This document shows positions 9,255 through 18,495 of a stretch of DNA of 64,000 bases, in pieces; the first letter of the stretch is position 1; each line of letters starts with the position of its first letter. This stretch comes from Bdellovibrionales bacterium. Lineage in GTDB: Bacteria > Bdellovibrionota > Bdellovibrionia > Bdellovibrionales > JAMPXM01. The notes beneath the pieces are model-generated. The model was not told the origin of the DNA. It ran no database searches and saw only the letters and a program-made list of their open reading frames with translations. A program made the position numbers and the translations under genes. The stretch is taken from positions 15,297-79,296 of the forward strand of contig JAYUEN010000387.1 of the NCBI GenBank assembly GCA_043739185.1. The letters run 5' to 3'.

Positions 9255-10349
9255 ATGTTTGAAGAATTAAAAGCTAAAATTGCAAAATTCAAACATCAAC
9301 ATGAGTCTAAGCTCGACTTGGTGTTTTTCGTGGGTGGCTTTGCCTTTGATGCTTTTATGGTCTCAGATGTCGATGAGCCTTTGGCCATTTTTCAGCAGGC
9401 ACTTTATTTACTCATAATTGCCACTTTGATTCATTTTGAATTGCTTTTTCGACTGAGAAAATGGCGACCAAGTGATCGGATCGCCAAATTTTGGAACTAT
9501 CGCAACCTATTGCTTCACTTTTTGTTGGGAACCCTTCTCAATATTTACTCAATTTTTTATATAAAGAGTGCATCGTTCATCAATAGTTTGATTTTTCTCT
9601 TTTTGATGGCAGCTATGATTCTGGGTAATGAACTCCCTATAATTAAGAAATCAAAAGTAAGTTTCAAGGTGGGTCTTTTTGCTATTTGTTTGTTTTCTTA
9701 TATTTCAATTTTATTTCCACTGGTTTTGGGTTTTATCGGTTGGACTCCCTTTATACTTTCGAGTATCACAACTTCAGTTTTGTTTTTCTTGCAGTTTAAG
9801 TTTTTACAAAAAAAAATTAATGATGCGCGTTTGTTGTTTCGGGCAACACTTTTTCCGAGTATCTCGGTTTTAGTGGTCTTTGTGTTTTTTTATTTTATGG
9901 GGTGGATACCGCCAGTTCCCTTGAGCGTCAAAGAGCAAGGTATTTATCATTTGGTTGAAAAAAAAGAAGGCACTTGGCTGCTTTCGTCCGAGCGGGACGA
10001 TTGGAAGTTTTGGCAAAAGGGCGATCAAGATTTTAAGGCTGAGGCTGGGGATAAAATTTATTTTTATGCTCAGATATATTCGCCCGCCCGTTTTGCAGAC
10101 GAGGTTTATGTGCAATTTTCTCACTTAGATGCCAAGGGAAACTGGCACTCTGCAGATCATATTCCACTGAAAATATTTGGAGGCCGTAAAGAAGGTTTTC
10201 GAGGTCTCGCAATCAAATCCAATTATGAAACCGGAAAGTGGCGGGTACAGGTGGTGACCGCGACCCATCAAGAAATTTCGCGGCTCTATTTTGAGGTCAG
10301 CTCTGTCGCGGCAAATCCGGTACGCGCGTTCAAAGTGATCACTCGCTAG
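9255..10349 (+). CDS. DUF2914-type polytopic membrane protein with C-terminal beta domain
   Basis: About 7 TM helices; PPVPL; C-terminal IPLKIFGGRKEGFRG and GKWRVQVVT. Confidence 0.7.
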   Translation: MFEELKAKIAKFKHQHESKLDLVFFVGGFAFDAFMVSDVDEPLAIFQQALYLLIIATLIHFELLFRLRKWRPSDRIAKFWNYRNLLLHFLLGTLLNIYSIFYIKSASFINSLIFLFLMAAMILGNELPIIKKSKVSFKVGLFAICLFSYISILFPLVLGFIGWTPFILSSITTSVLFFLQFKFLQKKINDARLLFRATLFPSISVLVVFVFFYFMGWIPPVPLSVKEQGIYHLVEKKEGTWLLSSERDDWKFWQKGDQDFKAEAGDKIYFYAQIYSPARFADEVYVQFSHLDAKGNWHSADHIPLKIFGGRKEGFRGLAIKSNYETGKWRVQVVTATHQEISRLYFEVSSVAANPVRAFKVITR

Positions 10350-10728
10350 TTGCAACGGGATCAATGAGAAGAACCATCTGACAAGCGCTACACTCTTTTC
10401 GAAGTGGCCACTTGAAACTTAAGTTTCTAATTTCAAAATCAATTTGACAATTGGGACACACAATTTTTTCAGAATTCATTTCAAAAGGAAGATTGAATTT
10501 CAAAGTTCCGATCACAATGCCAAAAACTAAAAAGCCAGGCACCAATAAAAAATGCGCTACCGGAATGAAAACGCAGATCAGTGCTATGGCCCAGCTTAGG
10601 GCCAATGCTTTTATTCCCGCAAAAATTCTCTCACGTTTAAAAAGTGTTCGAATCAGGGCTTTTGAGTAATTGAAATTGTCAGCATTCATGGCAACCAAGA
10701 CTCGCAGTTTGACGCTTTGAGGGTTCAT
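10339..10728 (-). CDS. Small membrane protein with C-terminal zinc ribbon
   Basis: Two TM helices followed by CPNC...CSAC. Confidence 0.6.
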   Translation of the reverse strand: MNPQSVKLRVLVAMNADNFNYSKALIRTLFKRERIFAGIKALALSWAIALICVFIPVAHFLLVPGFLVFGIVIGTLKFNLPFEMNSEKIVCPNCQIDFEIRNLSFKWPLRKECSACQMVLLIDPVATSE

Positions 10729-10734
10729 CTTTAA

Positions 10735-11949
10735 TTAACCAATTCGAAATTGTTTTCTTAAGGCCAAAATCGGGAGGCTCACCATAAGAAAAATACCAAC
10801 ATAAGCAAAGCCCAATATTTTCATAGCGTGATCTGGCCCCCCGTGATCAAGTGCTCGACCTATAATTGGTCCAAACACTATAAATAAAGCTCTCATGCCA
10901 AGACTTCCGACGGAATTAATGGTCGCCCGCATCTCGGCTGGAACTCGAGAATTAATTGCATCTTGAAAAATAACTTGATTCAAGCCTCGGCAGACCGGGA
11001 ATGCCATTGTAAAAATAAGACCAATGAGTCCGCCAGTAAATCCCATTCCGAAATAACCAATGATGGGCATGAGTCCAATAATGATAACCACTCGAGTAGA
11101 GCCAAAACGAGTTTCAAAGCGATGGGCGAATCGACTAATCAAGGCAACCAAAACGCAATTGGCAGCCCATAGATATCCAAAGAATGTATAGTCAAGTCCA
11201 CGCGATTTCCAATAAGGCTGTAGGCTCCAAACCGCACAGTAAGTTGCAAAGCCATAAAGAATAAAACTTGAAAGTATCAGGCTGAGAAGTTTGGAATGTC
11301 CAAATAATGCCTTACCAATTTGTCGAAAATTTTTGAGATGAGATTCGCGAGAAAGTTTTTGTCCGGAGGGTTCATAAACACTGAAGGCAAATAAAACCGT
11401 CATCCAAACACTCATGGCATTTGCATATGCCGGCCAGTTTAATGAAATGCCTGCAAGCAGTCCGCCGAGAACTGAGGCGATGGCTTCGCCGATACTCAAA
11501 TAAAAAACGCGTCTACCTAAAAATTTTGCCTTACTTCCGGCAATATTTAGTTTTTCAATTGAGTGATACAATATGGCAATATCACATCCAGATTGAAGAC
11601 TCAGACCAATTCCGACGACAATTTCGTAGACAACAAAGTCTAAAAATGTTTGGCCAAACCAAAGTATCTGAAAGCCAAGGGCGGAAATGATGCTTCCTAT
11701 AACAAGAGTTTTTTTGCGCCCGAAGAGATCGGCTAAGTAGCCTGCGGGTGCATCAAATAAAATGAGCGCAAATCCAAAAACTCCTTGCAGCATAAAAATT
11801 TCTTGTAAGCTCAGGCCTTTCTTTTGCCAAAATGGCACAATGACAGGAATGACGATCAAAAAAGATTGAAAAAATGAATATCCGTAAAGTTTAAAGAAAT
11901 TTCTCTCGAGCCTAATTTTCTCAAGTGATTCGGAATCGCTAGGTGTCAT
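10735..11949 (-). CDS. MFS transporter
   Basis: About 12 TM; motif A GYLADLFGRKK; PAEMRATINS. Confidence 0.9.
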   Translation of the reverse strand: MTPSDSESLEKIRLERNFFKLYGYSFFQSFLIVIPVIVPFWQKKGLSLQEIFMLQGVFGFALILFDAPAGYLADLFGRKKTLVIGSIISALGFQILWFGQTFLDFVVYEIVVGIGLSLQSGCDIAILYHSIEKLNIAGSKAKFLGRRVFYLSIGEAIASVLGGLLAGISLNWPAYANAMSVWMTVLFAFSVYEPSGQKLSRESHLKNFRQIGKALFGHSKLLSLILSSFILYGFATYCAVWSLQPYWKSRGLDYTFFGYLWAANCVLVALISRFAHRFETRFGSTRVVIIIGLMPIIGYFGMGFTGGLIGLIFTMAFPVCRGLNQVIFQDAINSRVPAEMRATINSVGSLGMRALFIVFGPIIGRALDHGGPDHAMKILGFAYVGIFLMVSLPILALRKQFRIG

Positions 11950-12088
11950 GAACTAAGTCTAAATCAAAATGGTACGGAAGATAAAGTTCGAAAAGCGATT
12001 TTTTGGATAGCGCATTCAAAAGGGGAGGCATTTGGGCTCGACCTTGAGTTTGCAAAAGGGCTGAGTACACAACCATAAGGAGGTTTGT

Positions 12089-12322
12089 ATGAGAAAAATC
12101 ACTTCAGTTTTAGCCTTGGCTGCAGCCTTGGCACTAGCGGCACCACAGGCTATGGCGGCGACAAAAGGCGCCGGACACAAAATAGCGGTGGTAAAGCCAA
12201 TTAATAGGGTGAAAAAATCCACCCTGAGAAAGAATACCGCAATGGCTGCAAAACGAGTCACGAAAAAGCGAATCGTGTCTCATCGCAAGTTTCAAAAACA
12301 AAAACCGGCCTCAGCTGTATAG
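12089..12322 (+). CDS. Small secreted Lys/Arg-rich basic protein
   Basis: Strong SD AAGGAGG at about 12075-12081; signal peptide ending AMA; own terminator. Confidence 0.75.
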   Translation: MRKITSVLALAAALALAAPQAMAATKGAGHKIAVVKPINRVKKSTLRKNTAMAAKRVTKKRIVSHRKFQKQKPASAV

Positions 12323-12341
12323 ACGGGTTCTATGTTTTTTG

Positions 12342-12378
12342 AAGGCGCAGCGAGACTGGACTCACGCTGCGCCTTTTT
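12342..12378 (+). terminator. Rho-independent terminator
   Basis: Stem aaggcgcagcg (12342-12352) / cgctgcgcctt (12365-12375) running into a T tract. Confidence 0.8.
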
Positions 12379-12430
12379 AATTTTCATGCAGACATTGAAT
12401 TTGTACCTCTGAAATGCTATCCCAAAAGCA

Positions 12431-13111
12431 ATGAAGAAAATTTGGCTTTTGGTTAAATTATTTTTTAATCTAATTCGTGTATCTATATCGCCATCTCAAA
12501 CGGGAGCCGTACTTGGCATCGGCGAAAGTCTTTATGGGCTCGGCTTTGTCGATAAGATGAAAGAACGATTGGATTCTATTCCTGAATGCGTTCAAATTAT
12601 GAATCAACGAAAACTTTTGGCCCCTTTTGATCTTAAGGCATTGCAAAAGCTTCCCAATGGGAGCTTTGGGCGATGTTACGCTGATCATATGATTGGGCGA
12701 GGCTTGAGTCCTGATTTTTATAAACATATTAAAGTTACCAACGCGCAGACTTTTAGCATGATGAGGCTTCGACAGACACATGACCTTTGGCATGTCATTA
12801 CCGGATTTGATACCTCCGTAACCGGCGAAATTGGCTTACAAGCATTTTACTATGCTCAATTGAGAACGCCCCTGGCCCCCATTCTCATTGGTGGAAGTCT
12901 GTTGACCGCAAGTATTAAAAATCGGGCTTCGCTGGTGAAAATTTTTGAAAGCATTGTTTCAGGTTGGCAATTGGGAATCCGAGCAAAATGTCTTTTTGCA
13001 GTAGATTGGGAAGCGAATTGGCAGACGCCACTCAAACAATTTCAACAGGAGCTACTCGGAGAGGGTGCGATTTTGAATATGAACAATGGCAATGCGAGTA
13101 TTTTGGTTTGA
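12431..13111 (+). CDS. Coq4-family protein
   Basis: LPNGSFGRCY, HDLWHVITG (HDxxH), GEIGLQAF. Confidence 0.8.
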   Translation: MKKIWLLVKLFFNLIRVSISPSQTGAVLGIGESLYGLGFVDKMKERLDSIPECVQIMNQRKLLAPFDLKALQKLPNGSFGRCYADHMIGRGLSPDFYKHIKVTNAQTFSMMRLRQTHDLWHVITGFDTSVTGEIGLQAFYYAQLRTPLAPILIGGSLLTASIKNRASLVKIFESIVSGWQLGIRAKCLFAVDWEANWQTPLKQFQQELLGEGAILNMNNGNASILV

Positions 13112-13648
13112 GCTTTGAAGTTGAAGCTCATGACAACCTTCGAGTCTTAGGCTGTCTAGGACACATAGTTCGTAATTTCCGATCTTAAGGGATTCCGCGA
13201 CGCAAACTATGAAGTGAATTCCATCTTCTAATTTTAATTTTGAATTCGACTTCTCAAGTCTTTCTATGCGCATGCTCGCAATGACCCATTTGGGATTGAA
13301 GATGAGGCCAAGATCGACCGCAGCATCTCCTTGCAACTCACAATGTACTTCTTCAATTCCTTCAAACTCAAAGATCGTAAATGCCTTTAGTAAATGTGAA
13401 CTCTTTTTTGAGCCTTGAATCTTCAATTCAAGTGCGCCGCCTGAAATGACACTTAGGAGTCTCGAGTGTTCTGGGAAGATTGAAAATGCACCGCTTTCAG
13501 TGATGCGGGCGGAGCTTAGCCTCCATAAAAAATGAGAAGTCGTAAAGTCAGCTTCAGCGGGAAAGATCTCGATTTGAGATGTTGTTCCTTTGCCGTTTTT
13601 CCAGGGGCTTTGAAGGTATTGAGATTTTTTCATTAATTTCATAATCAC
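13052..13648 (-). CDS. HutD/Ves-family cupin protein
   Basis: PWKNGKGTT, FLWRLSSA, FSIFP motifs. Confidence 0.88.
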   Translation of the reverse strand: MIMKLMKKSQYLQSPWKNGKGTTSQIEIFPAEADFTTSHFLWRLSSARITESGAFSIFPEHSRLLSVISGGALELKIQGSKKSSHLLKAFTIFEFEGIEEVHCELQGDAAVDLGLIFNPKWVIASMRIERLEKSNSKLKLEDGIHFIVCVAESLKIGNYELCVLDSLRLEGCHELQLQSSNQNTRIAIVHIQNRTLSE

Positions 13649-14430
13649 GAATTCATTTCGACGGCTCTCATTGAAAGCGAACCCATTTGCATTTCTTCAT
13701 AAATAAATTTCGGCTGATCCGACTCATCACTTGCGCCTAATACATAAAGTAGGGGTAAATAATGCTCGAGCGTGGGTAAAGCCTGACGCCACAAGCTCTG
13801 ATACCTTGGCACTTCATTAAATAAGTGGCTCATGTTTTTATCGATAATTGCATTTTTGATGTGTTCATCAAACTCAAGTGCCCACGCAAAGGCTTTTGGA
13901 TTTGGGCCCCAATCAATGGCGCGCAGATTATGAGTTATATTTCCACTTCCGATAATTAGGACCCCATCCTCGCGAATTGGCTTTAGATTTTTTGCCAATT
14001 CAAAATGCTCTTTAAGAGAGAGGTTTTGGTCCATGCTTAGTTGTAAGACCGGAATTTGGGCCTTTGGATATAAATGAATTAGAATAGACCAACTACCATG
14101 ATCTAAGCCCCACTCTGGTGTGCTTTCTGCTGAATTTGCTTTGAGTAGTTGCGTGATTTGATCTGCCAATTCTAAATCTCCCGGAGCGGGATACTGAACT
14201 TGATAGAGTTCCTTTGGAAATCCCCCAAAATCATGAATGGTCTTGGGTGAACTGCTCTTTAAAACCTTAGTACCTGGGGTTTCCCAATGAGCTGATATAC
14301 ACAAAATGGCCTCTGGCTTTGCGAGGCGCTCACCAGTTCGATTTAAAAAACGGCTAAAGTCATTTTGCGCAAGCGCATTCATGGGGGAGCCGTGGCCGAA
14401 AAATATGCAAGGCATTTTAGCTGATTTCAT
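13645..14430 (-). CDS. 4,5-DOPA extradiol dioxygenase (YgiD/LigB-like)
   Basis: GHGSPMNA, ISAHW, WGLDHG, GSGNITHNL, EHYLPL. Confidence 0.92.
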   Translation of the reverse strand: MKSAKMPCIFFGHGSPMNALAQNDFSRFLNRTGERLAKPEAILCISAHWETPGTKVLKSSSPKTIHDFGGFPKELYQVQYPAPGDLELADQITQLLKANSAESTPEWGLDHGSWSILIHLYPKAQIPVLQLSMDQNLSLKEHFELAKNLKPIREDGVLIIGSGNITHNLRAIDWGPNPKAFAWALEFDEHIKNAIIDKNMSHLFNEVPRYQSLWRQALPTLEHYLPLLYVLGASDESDQPKFIYEEMQMGSLSMRAVEMNS

Positions 14431-14505
14431 ATCTCCTCCGAATTTCAGAAGGAGATTAAATTATGAATTGCGTTTTGTCTTGGCCGAAAACATCATACTT
14501 TGAAA

Positions 14506-15123
14506 TTATTTTCCATCTACTTCGATTTGAGCTTTGATGTCATCGTCTGACATATGATCTTCACAATCGCTTGCCTCGTGTACGGCTTCAAAGCGTGAGC
14601 CTCTGAGTGAAGAGACTTTGTTGCTTGCAACCTTCATTAAAACCATTTTGCCTTTTTGCAAATGGGCGCCAATCATTTGGCAAGCTGTTTTTGACATACA
14701 GGCTGTCTTTGGATGGGAGTCGTCACTTGAAACACTTTGAATGACGGGTTTGACTGGAGAGCCTGAACCGTCTTCATCATCTTCTGAATTGCAAACTGAA
14801 GCGGATACTGGTGGTTTATTGGCGCACATTTTATTACCAGATAAAGAAGAGCTGTTTGATAAAATATGCAGTTCATCCTGATCGTCGGATTCTTGCTCAC
14901 CGATGCAGGTTAAGACACAAATTCCTTGATCAGAAGGAGGCGCTACAATTGGCGTGCTCCCAGGTGAGCCAGGTGAAGTTCCTGTACCTGTAACTCCGCC
15001 TTGAACAAGGGATTTACTGCTTATAGACGCAAAATTGACTTGTGAGCAGTTTTGGAACATTGAAAGCAGAGCAATGGCTGAGCCTGCCGCAACGAAGATA
15101 CGAGTTAATCCTGTCAATTTCAT
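14506..15123 (-). CDS. Cys-rich, acidic exported lipoprotein-like hypothetical protein
   Basis: Hydrophobic N-terminus ending MFQNC (FQNC-type lipobox seen in Bdellovibrionota); Gly/Thr/Ser/Pro linker; 8 Cys. Confidence 0.65.
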   Translation of the reverse strand: MKLTGLTRIFVAAGSAIALLSMFQNCSQVNFASISSKSLVQGGVTGTGTSPGSPGSTPIVAPPSDQGICVLTCIGEQESDDQDELHILSNSSSLSGNKMCANKPPVSASVCNSEDDEDGSGSPVKPVIQSVSSDDSHPKTACMSKTACQMIGAHLQKGKMVLMKVASNKVSSLRGSRFEAVHEASDCEDHMSDDDIKAQIEVDGK

Positions 15124-15260
15124 TCTGGACCCCCTTGAACTAGTAAGGATCTAAAATGCAGGATTGAATCCAAGCCCTCTGCTATTTGGTGAAGTTGAAC
15201 TTAGATCAGTGCATAAAGATTTCGAATCTGAAAATACTTTCGACAATCCCTTGGGTTTTT

Positions 15261-15273
15261 TCTCAAAATGAGA
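15261..15273. promoter_or_regulatory. Palindrome TCTCA-AAA-TGAGA, putative transcription factor site
   Basis: Perfect inverted repeat; identical 13-mer at 34249-34261; one-mismatch copies at 52201 and 52252. Confidence 0.5.
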
Positions 15274-15279
15274 TTTATT

Positions 15280-16392
15280 CTAGTTTTTTAAATAAAGGAC
15301 GGCATTTTCTGCGGGAGACAATTCAGGGTCTGATATATGTTTAAAGGCCTCTTCGAGCTGTCCGCTTCTAAATGCACTAATAATTGCGGGATCAATATAA
15401 GAATTAAGAGCAACTGACGGCGTATTGTGAAGGCGCTCAGAGGCCTTTACAGCTGCGAGCTTTATGGCCTCATCTTGATTAGGCTCCTCTTGTGGGCCAA
15501 GAGAATGTAGCGTTTCAACGGCTTGAGTCGTTCCGACCCAAGTGCGAAAATCCTTGGCAGAGAATTGCGTTCCAATATGGTTTTTAATGTACTGATTAAC
15601 CTCAGGTGCTTTTACGTCAAACAGCCTTTCATCCGATCCTTTGGTGCTAACTTGGCCCTTCAAAACGCGGGCAATTGCTTTGTCATCGACGATGATATCT
15701 TGGGGAATTCCCTCTTTGGCAATGAATTGAAAGCGCACTTTGGCTCCGCGAATTTGAACATGGTCCGCGCGCAAAGTTGTTAACCCAAAGGAAGGAAATT
15801 CGCCTTGGGCGTATTTTTCTCCGCCAATGCGAATTCCGCCAACTTCAAGCAATCGAACGACCGCTGCAATTTGTGAGTCCTGAAAACGCGCTGAACCTTG
15901 CAAATCTCGAGAAACAGCAATTCGTAGTTTTGAAATAGCCTCTCCAAATTCCTTCATTCTCTCAAATTTAGCGGCGGCAAGTACCTTTTCATTCCAGTCC
16001 TCATGGTATCGATATTGTGCGCGAGCACGGCTATCTAGGGCCCTTGCCTGAATATGGGCAAGCGGGTCTTGAGCAATCCAAACTTGCGAATATCCGGGTG
16101 GAATTTTCAGTTCATTGATTCGTCTCAGGGTACTTGGATCTTGAACCACTTCACCTTGGTCAGTTTTATAAATAAAACTAACTTTATCTTCGGGCTTCGG
16201 CTGAGCAGCATTTTCGCGAATATAGCCTTTCCCGGGTGTCAACGAGTAGTGTAGACCTGAGGCCAAAGCCAATTGAACTGAGATCTCATGTTTGCTTAGG
16301 CTTTTAAATAGTGAAAGACAAGCGACGGGTGAGGCGAAACTCACCTGGCCAGAAAACACTAAGAGAAGGCTTAGAAATAAAAAACTTCGCAT
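15280..16392 (-). CDS. DNA topoisomerase IB (bacterial/poxvirus type) with an N-terminal signal peptide
   Basis: RAQYRYH, GIRIGGEKY (Arg), GLTTL, FIAKEG (Lys), KDFRTW (Arg), HNTPSVALNSYIDP (Asn, Tyr). Start reassigned to ATG 16392 (MRSFLFLSLLLVFSGQVSFA); the longer tracked ORF overlaps dbpA head to head. Confidence 0.88.
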   Translation of the reverse strand: MRSFLFLSLLLVFSGQVSFASPVACLSLFKSLSKHEISVQLALASGLHYSLTPGKGYIRENAAQPKPEDKVSFIYKTDQGEVVQDPSTLRRINELKIPPGYSQVWIAQDPLAHIQARALDSRARAQYRYHEDWNEKVLAAAKFERMKEFGEAISKLRIAVSRDLQGSARFQDSQIAAVVRLLEVGGIRIGGEKYAQGEFPSFGLTTLRADHVQIRGAKVRFQFIAKEGIPQDIIVDDKAIARVLKGQVSTKGSDERLFDVKAPEVNQYIKNHIGTQFSAKDFRTWVGTTQAVETLHSLGPQEEPNQDEAIKLAAVKASERLHNTPSVALNSYIDPAIISAFRSGQLEEAFKHISDPELSPAENAVLYLKN

Positions 16393-16591
16393 GATAAAGC
16401 CTGTTTGCGATCTCGATGCCAAAGGAGAGTTAAAATCGGAATCATTATAAAGCAGCGCAGGCCCCCTCGGCTTAAATTTAACTTTTTGTGTGACAAAATT
16501 CGTCGCTTGCAAAGATATTTTTTTCAATTTGGGTTTGCCTCTTCCCAGGTGCCTTTGGTCTTGATAATGATGAGAGTCAAAGAGGCAAACA

Positions 16592-17983
16592 TTGAATTCA
16601 TCCCTATTTAGTTCCCTTCCTATATCTGAAAAAATTTTGAAAGTAGTAGAGGAATTGGGATTTAAAGCCATGACTCCAATTCAAGAGCAGGCTCTGCCAA
16701 TTTTACTCAGCGGACGCGATCTCATTGGTCAATCGAAAACAGGAAGTGGCAAGACCGCTGCTTTTGCGATACCGATTTTGCAAAAAATCGATCTTTCAAA
16801 TCGCAGTCTTCAGGCAATTGTTATTTGTCCTACCAGAGAATTGAGTACGCAAGTGACGGGTGAATTTCGCAAGCTTGCCCGTAAGTTAGAGGGGCTTCAG
16901 GTTTTGAATTTATCGGGTGGACAGCCCGCAAGACCGCAAATCGATGCGCTTCGTTTGGGAATTCATATTGCGGTAGGAACTTCAGGTCGAATTCTCGATC
17001 TACTCGATCGTAGAGAGCTGGATTTTAGGAGCCTTAAAACATTGGTTTTAGATGAAGCGGATAAGCTTCTTGAATTGGGTTTTCAGGATGAAATCTCTGC
17101 AATTCTAGAGGCTCCAACGGCAAAGCGACAGACGCTTTTTATCTCAGCAACTTTTCCGGATGAGATAAAAAGCTTGAGCCTGCAATACCAAAAAAACCCT
17201 GTTCATCTTCGCATTGAGGAGGCGCTTGAAGGCGCAAATCTGATTGAAGAAATTGCCTATGAAGTGGGTGAAGAAGAAAAGTCAGACTTGCTATTACGAG
17301 TCTTGCAGCAACATCCCGCAAAGTCCGTACTTATTTTTTGCAATCAAAAGACCACAGTCGATGAGTTGATTCATTTAATAGAAAAAGACGAAGTGAGTTG
17401 TGCGGCATTGCATGGCAATTTAGAACAACGCGATCGACAACTAGTGATGGCGATGTTTCGTAATGGCAGTTATCGAATTTTAGTGGCGACAGATGTTGCG
17501 GCTCGAGGAATTGACATTGATCACCTAGATTTGGTGATCAATTATGATTTTCCGATGAATGCAGAGGTTTATATACATCGAATTGGGCGAACCGGAAGGG
17601 CGGGTCGCGAGGGCGTTGCCGTCACCTTGGTAAAGCAGAATGAAGACTTGAAATTATTTGAAATTGAAAAATCTCGAGACAAACGACTCAGTCGTCCCAA
17701 CTTGGGTTTCAAAAACCAACATGGCTTAAGTTCCTACTATCGCGAATCGTCAATGAAAACCCTTTGGATTTCGGGTGGTCGTAAAGACAAGCTAAGACCA
17801 GGAGATATTTTAGGGGCCCTGACAAGAGAAGGTGCGGGTTTGAAATCTTCAGAAATTGGCAAGATTGATGTCTTTGATAATATGTCCCTCGTGGCAATTG
17901 CCAGTAAAGAAGCCGGCCGAGCATTTGAAGAATTGCGTGTAGGTAAAATTAAGGGCCGAAAATTTCAAGTGCGTTTGATATGA
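16592..17983 (+). CDS. dbpA: ATP-dependent DEAD-box RNA helicase DbpA
   Basis: TGSGKT, PTREL, DEAD, SAT, TDVAARGID, HRIGRTGRAG, and a C-terminal DbpA RNA-binding domain (GGRKDKLRPGDILGALT). Confidence 0.93.
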   Translation: MNSSLFSSLPISEKILKVVEELGFKAMTPIQEQALPILLSGRDLIGQSKTGSGKTAAFAIPILQKIDLSNRSLQAIVICPTRELSTQVTGEFRKLARKLEGLQVLNLSGGQPARPQIDALRLGIHIAVGTSGRILDLLDRRELDFRSLKTLVLDEADKLLELGFQDEISAILEAPTAKRQTLFISATFPDEIKSLSLQYQKNPVHLRIEEALEGANLIEEIAYEVGEEEKSDLLLRVLQQHPAKSVLIFCNQKTTVDELIHLIEKDEVSCAALHGNLEQRDRQLVMAMFRNGSYRILVATDVAARGIDIDHLDLVINYDFPMNAEVYIHRIGRTGRAGREGVAVTLVKQNEDLKLFEIEKSRDKRLSRPNLGFKNQHGLSSYYRESSMKTLWISGGRKDKLRPGDILGALTREGAGLKSSEIGKIDVFDNMSLVAIASKEAGRAFEELRVGKIKGRKFQVRLI

Positions 17984-18495
17984 GAATTGCAGTGGTCGGA
18001 AACGCTGCTGGCGGAAAAACAAAATTAAGTCGAAAATTAGGTGAGCGTTATTCGATTGGTGTAACCCATATTGATTCTATTCAATTCTTGCCAGGAATGA
18101 TCATCCGTCCTCACGCAGAAACTATTAAAACACTTAGGACGGTTGCTCTTAAGCAGAGTTGGATCATTGATGGTTATGGCCCTCTAGATATTATCGAAGA
18201 AAGATTTCTGATTGCGGACCATATCATATTTATTGATCTCCCGGTGTGGCGCCATTTACTTTGGGCAGTGAAGCGCCAATTCGAAAATATTTTCAAAAAA
18301 AGAGCCGAGCTTCCCGAGAATTGCAATGAACAAAAATTTTCTCATTTTAAAAAATTGTTGAAAAGCATTTGGGTTGCTCATCAAAAAATGCGACCTGAAC
18401 TATTAAAGATCTTCAATCGAGAGCATCTGTTGCCAAAGCTGATCTGGGTTCGGAGCCTCAGTGATCTGAAAAAATTGTCCGAATCAGGAATCTAA
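17980..18495 (+). CDS. FlaR-like / adenylate kinase-related P-loop protein
   Basis: GNAAGGKT P-loop, WIIDG, IIFIDLP; ATGA overlap with the dbpA stop. Confidence 0.8.
   Translation: MRIAVVGNAAGGKTKLSRKLGERYSIGVTHIDSIQFLPGMIIRPHAETIKTLRTVALKQSWIIDGYGPLDIIEERFLIADHIIFIDLPVWRHLLWAVKRQFENIFKKRAELPENCNEQKFSHFKKLLKSIWVAHQKMRPELLKIFNREHLLPKLIWVRSLSDLKKLSESGI

Noticed and set aside
15280-16392. Tyrosine recombinase/integrase (mobile element) interpretation of this ORF
   Set aside because: The motifs QYRYH, GLTTL, KDFRTW and NTPxV..SYI are those of TopIB; no att-like repeats, tRNA or phage genes are nearby.
16393-16671. 93-aa N-terminal extension of TopIB given in the ORF track
   Set aside because: It overlaps the start of dbpA on the other strand, has no protein-like features, and a clean signal peptide begins at 16392.
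17980-18495. Functional link between the FlaR-like 'topology modulation' protein and TopIB
   Set aside because: The gene is coupled to dbpA, the FlaR label is a weak legacy annotation for a kinase-like fold, and TopIB appears exported.
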